Part shown: positions 48,348 through 52,110 of the stretch, piece by piece | Layout: each line of letters begins with the position of its first letter | How positions within the stretch are numbered: position 1 is the first letter of the stretch | Source: Candidatus Zixiibacteriota bacterium | Lineage (GTDB): Bacteria; Zixibacteria; MSB-5A5; UBA10806; 4484-95 | DNA length: 52,110 bases | Reading direction: 5' to 3' | Assembly: GCA_029932605.1 (NCBI GenBank) | Contig: JAOZPT010000004.1 | Span: forward strand, 40,203 to 92,312 | The notes under the pieces: generated by a model | Database searches by the model: none | The model's input: the letters and a program-made list of their open reading frames with translations, nothing else | What the model was told of the DNA's origin: nothing | Made by a program: the position numbers and the translations under genes

Positions 48348-48518
48348 TCTGGTTAACTATCTCCAACACCACGGTTAAATTTACAACGAAAAAATCTCTT
48401 TAAGCATAATATAACCATGCTAACAAAATCAATAAAAATCTTGTTTTACGATGTCAAGGTTATAATGTTGTTAAACATACTTGTCTAAAATCTCTATCGT
48501 GAGAACGGCTTCTAAAAT

Positions 48519-48550
48519 AAAAAAACCCCCCTTTGTTATCAAAAGGGGGG
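48519..48550 (-). terminator. Intrinsic terminator of the 48577-50463 gene
   Basis: CCCCCCTTT/AAAGGGGGG stem followed on the minus strand by T7. Confidence 0.8.
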
Positions 48551-48576
48551 ATTCTATCTTAGTTTTTTCCCCTATC

Positions 48577-50463
48577 TTAATACGAGTTACGGATTACAGG
48601 GCTGGTCTTTCTACCAACGATTGGCTCGTCAGGAGGACAAACGTGAGGTAAAAACTCAGTAGGTGGAGTTTGAGGACACCACCCAACGCAAAGAATGTTA
48701 CCTTTGAGAAATTCTTTAAGGTATGTAATATCAGCGCCCGAGAATTCACAATTGCCGTTGCAATCACCGGTAGAATAAAGCCAGTCTGATGTGGAATCAT
48801 TCCAGCAGGAGTCTTGAGGTGAAGGCCCTTCACCTTTAAAGTAACGGACACCATAAGTGACATCGCTGCCCCTAATCTCACCATTGCTGTTAATATCACC
48901 CGGGATATAGTCACATGTTATACCTACTCCGCATCCAACCCCAAACATACCGATATCAACTCCACCGTCGCCAGCACCAACACAGCAGGAAGCACTATCC
49001 AGATAATAATTCCCTATATCAGGATTGCAAAATATGGGGTCACAATCGATATTTGTTTCACCTAACCAACCACCCTGTACATCACAATATTCTACAACTG
49101 GATTGGATGAAGAAGTATCGATCTCATCAGAAGTATCTCCCCATAAAATACAGTTCCTTAACTCTATCTGGATGCTGTCAGGATGGTTATTTAAACAATA
49201 TATTCCACTACCACTCACGCCAGCTGAATTTCCAGTAATGGTGCAATTTAAAATTGTCGGGTGACTGTCGCGATCGCATAATATTCCACCACCTTCACTA
49301 CTAGCAATATTGTTCCTGATTAAACAAAACTCAATTGTGGGGGAACTACTTATATCAGCAAAGATACCAGCACCGTCAGTTGCCATATTACCCACAATTT
49401 CACAATTTCTGATAATTGGATGGCTATTGTCCCAAATATGCACTCCTCCACCTGATCCCTCGGCAGTGTTATCCCTTATGATGCAATTTATTATCTTCGG
49501 AGAGGCTTCCGGGTAACACCAGATACCGGCACCAAGACTGTTAAAACCATTGATTATTGTAAATCCATCAAGTACGGTTAGCGAATCCACCAGCAAAAAT
49601 CTGAAAGCTCGGTGTTGATGGTCAATGTCAGCCTCACAATCGACAATCGTAAGCCCCGGTCCATGTGTAGATTCAAGTACAATCTGCTTGCTGATAAAGA
49701 TATTCTTATTTCTACTTCCTCTGTAAGTGCCAGGTCTAACTATTACCGTGTCACCCGTATTTGAATAACCACATGCTTTACCGATACTGGCGAACGGATT
49801 TCCCTGAGTCCCGCGACCGGTATCATCATTACCGGTAATATCGACATACCACATAATACGATCCATTGCGACGTCAAGAGTACAGAGCACCCCCTCAATA
49901 ACATTTATATCATCTCTATCCAAATCCAAATATTCATCAAACCTAAAGGAAACATCATATATACCAGGGGCAACCTCTTCTAAAATATAATCACCCTGAC
50001 TATCCGTATAATCTGAATAAATGGTGTCCCCATTGATGTCCACAATGAAGACATGAACACCTTCAAGAGCCTCCTGGAAGACTTCATCTGTAACCGTACC
50101 GGAAATTGCTAAAGTCAATAACAAAAAATTCAAAGTGTCGATTTCCATGAAGTTTACAACGACTCCAACGCTGTCCGTTGGGATATAATCATCTTTTTCC
50201 GCATGCACGTACACGGTGTCCGAATCCTGATAATCACCAAGCGGTATAGTTAATGTATACCGGCCTTGTAAGTCAGTAAAATCAGTATAGGTTGTGTCAG
50301 CATCAGGTTCCCATGCCGAGACCAATGCGCTATCGATAGCTAAACTATCAGCATCATATACGATACCTTGAATAATCCCATAGCCCTCAAGAATCTGTCC
50401 ATATGAAAGTTGCCAGCAAAACAAGACAACCGCAACAGTAAAAAATCGTAAAAAATGCAACAT
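48577..50463 (-). CDS. Secreted multidomain protein: two carboxypeptidase-regulatory-like domains, DUF1565/right-handed beta-helix, dockerin-like C-terminus
   Basis: G.V.D...TD..G.Y repeats; GNDDTG.GT..NPF.SI; GGG/GAGI..N.A repeats; GDINSNGEIRGSD and GDCNGNCEFSGAD duplicated EF-hand-like motifs. Confidence 0.75.
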   Translation of the reverse strand: MLHFLRFFTVAVVLFCWQLSYGQILEGYGIIQGIVYDADSLAIDSALVSAWEPDADTTYTDFTDLQGRYTLTIPLGDYQDSDTVYVHAEKDDYIPTDSVGVVVNFMEIDTLNFLLLTLAISGTVTDEVFQEALEGVHVFIVDINGDTIYSDYTDSQGDYILEEVAPGIYDVSFRFDEYLDLDRDDINVIEGVLCTLDVAMDRIMWYVDITGNDDTGRGTQGNPFASIGKACGYSNTGDTVIVRPGTYRGSRNKNIFISKQIVLESTHGPGLTIVDCEADIDHQHRAFRFLLVDSLTVLDGFTIINGFNSLGAGIWCYPEASPKIINCIIRDNTAEGSGGGVHIWDNSHPIIRNCEIVGNMATDGAGIFADISSSPTIEFCLIRNNIASSEGGGILCDRDSHPTILNCTITGNSAGVSGSGIYCLNNHPDSIQIELRNCILWGDTSDEIDTSSSNPVVEYCDVQGGWLGETNIDCDPIFCNPDIGNYYLDSASCCVGAGDGGVDIGMFGVGCGVGITCDYIPGDINSNGEIRGSDVTYGVRYFKGEGPSPQDSCWNDSTSDWLYSTGDCNGNCEFSGADITYLKEFLKGNILCVGWCPQTPPTEFLPHVCPPDEPIVGRKTSPVIRNSY

Positions 50464-50694
50464 TAAATCCTCCCTTCAGTGTTGGCTACATATTATTTTT
50501 AATGAGCTATTTTAAGAAGTATCTGGTTATTTCCCAGATGTCAGTAGGAAAAATCTCCCATTTTATATGTAAAATATAGATGCTATTTTCCTTGTCAAGC
50601 TTTTTTTATTTTCCCTTTAAAAATATGCACAATCTTGCGATCCGACTGGAAAATCCTGTTGACCGCTTACCATTAAAACACTTAGTTTTAAAAC

Positions 50695-52029
50695 ATGGAA
50701 CTATTTCAAAGCCGCAATATACCGGACTCCCCTCTTGCCGACCGGCTTCGACCGGAAACCTTGGAGGAATTTGTCGGGCAAAATCATATCCTCTTTCCCG
50801 GCAAACCATTTTATGAATCTATAAAAACTGATAGCGTTGGCTCGATTATTCTCTGGGGACCACCCGGCTCAGGCAAAACTACCCTTGCTCGCCTAATAGC
50901 CAAGTATTCACAAGCTGAATTTCTGCTATATTCAGCCGTAACCAGCAGCATAAAGGAGATTAAACAGGTCATCAAACAAGCTTCACAACGATTGAGTTTA
51001 CACGGTAAAAAAACCATACTTTTTATCGACGAGATACATCGTTTCAACAAGGCTCAACAGGATGCTTTTTTACCCTCTGTTGAGGATGGCACAATAACCC
51101 TCATTGGTGCAACTACTGAAAACCCTTCGTTCGAGGTCATATCACCACTTATGTCGCGATGTCGTGTTTACACATTAAACCCTCTCTCGGTTGACGAAAT
51201 AAAAACGATAATCAAGCGAGGGGTTACAGATAAGAAGCGAGGTCTTGGAAAGATGCAAATCAATTTTGGCGATGGTTGTATTGATCATATAGCCCAGCTT
51301 TCCGCGGGAGATGCCCGCATCGCTTTAAACCTCCTCGAGTTTGCCTCGCAGACGACAGAGCCAGATAGTTCAGGCAATAAGATGCTCACTGTCGAAATCA
51401 TCAACGAGGTGGTACAGAAAAAATCCCTTCGCTATGATAAGGATGGCGAACAGCATTTCAACCTCATTTCGGCATTGCATAAATCCCTCCGCGCCTCCGA
51501 TGTTGATGCCACTTTATACTGGCTTTACCGGATGCTTACCGCTGGTGAGGATCCGCTTTATATCGCCCGGCGTATGGTGCGCTTTGCGGTTGAGGATATC
51601 GGGCTGGCCGATCCGAAGGCACTAACAATTGCCCTGGCAGCTAAAGACGCCTATCATTTCCTCGGCTCGCCAGAGGGAGAACTGGCACTAGCTCAAGCGG
51701 CGATATATATGGCGCTGGCACCAAAATCAAACTCAATCTACACCGCACAGGCCAAAGTTAAGAAGACTATTGAGGAGAAACCGGCTTACGATGTACCTCT
51801 TTCCATCCGGAACGCTCCAACCGCCCTGATGAAAGCGCTTGGCTACGGCAAGGGTTACAAATATGCCCATGAATATGAAGATGCTTTTGCTTATATGGAG
51901 TGTTTACCGGATGAACTTGTAGGCAACCGGTTTTACTTCCCCAAAGATGGCGGCTTTGAGGCAAAGTTAAAAGAAAAGCTTGAATGGTGGCTGAAAAAGA
52001 TGGCGGAAGAAAGAAGGAAGAAATCTTGA
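50695..52029 (+). CDS. rarA: Replication-associated recombination protein A (MgsA/RarA AAA+ ATPase)
   Basis: PLADRLRP, WGPPGSGKTT, FIDEIHRFNKAQQD, GATTENPSFEV, ISALHKS, GYKYAH. Confidence 0.96.
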   Translation: MELFQSRNIPDSPLADRLRPETLEEFVGQNHILFPGKPFYESIKTDSVGSIILWGPPGSGKTTLARLIAKYSQAEFLLYSAVTSSIKEIKQVIKQASQRLSLHGKKTILFIDEIHRFNKAQQDAFLPSVEDGTITLIGATTENPSFEVISPLMSRCRVYTLNPLSVDEIKTIIKRGVTDKKRGLGKMQINFGDGCIDHIAQLSAGDARIALNLLEFASQTTEPDSSGNKMLTVEIINEVVQKKSLRYDKDGEQHFNLISALHKSLRASDVDATLYWLYRMLTAGEDPLYIARRMVRFAVEDIGLADPKALTIALAAKDAYHFLGSPEGELALAQAAIYMALAPKSNSIYTAQAKVKKTIEEKPAYDVPLSIRNAPTALMKALGYGKGYKYAHEYEDAFAYMECLPDELVGNRFYFPKDGGFEAKLKEKLEWWLKKMAEERRKKS

Positions 52030-52067
52030 ACTATATGGTATTGAGTTGCCCCATAAGGAGGTCTTGA

Positions 52068-52110
52068 ATGGGCTATAAACATGACAAAATTAAAGAAGAA
52101 GTATTGAATC
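52068..52110 (+). CDS. 5' start of a gene running off the window
   Basis: AAGGAGG RBS followed by ATG GGC TAT AAA CAT, open to the window end. Confidence 0.5.
   Translation, partial: MGYKHDKIKEEVLN

Noticed and set aside
1435..51964. Numerous short antisense or alternative-frame ORFs inside long genes
   Set aside because: They are shadows of well-supported CDSs, with no motifs or RBS.

Overview
Bacterial chromosomal window of roughly 40% GC (estimated by eye). The sprA gene and a secreted protein with a dockerin-like C-terminus suggest the FCB group, plausibly Zixibacteria-like (inference). Left part (1-18.7 kb): a palindrome/REP-like repeat cluster; a minus-strand run recG, hypothetical, DUF1844, murB, sprA, M28 peptidase, DUF4097-like, sppA; then rpmB, sixA, an AhpD/CMD-family gene read through an in-frame UGA (CxxU, predicted selenoprotein), gltX and tRNA-Gln(CUG). 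Middle (18.7-34.2 kb): a decayed island-like region that starts with an integrase relic next to the tRNA and ends with an IS3 relic. It holds spliced gene fragments, a YejM/PbgA-like sulfatase, an unannotated UGA-interrupted membrane-protein gene (QAREKT-U) and an intact TetR, MMPL, GNAT (bCerS/YghO-like), patatin, LolA-like, beta-barrel, radical SAM cluster that looks like a lipid synthesis/modification and export system. Right part (34.2-52.1 kb): rtcA; a selenocysteine formate dehydrogenase operon (fdhE-fdnG-fdnH, no fdnI) running into porin, ECF-S-like, lipoprotein and TonB receptor genes; mobA, fdhD, a split mobB, a secreted beta-helix protein and rarA. All family calls come from motif recognition by eye; no database searches were run.
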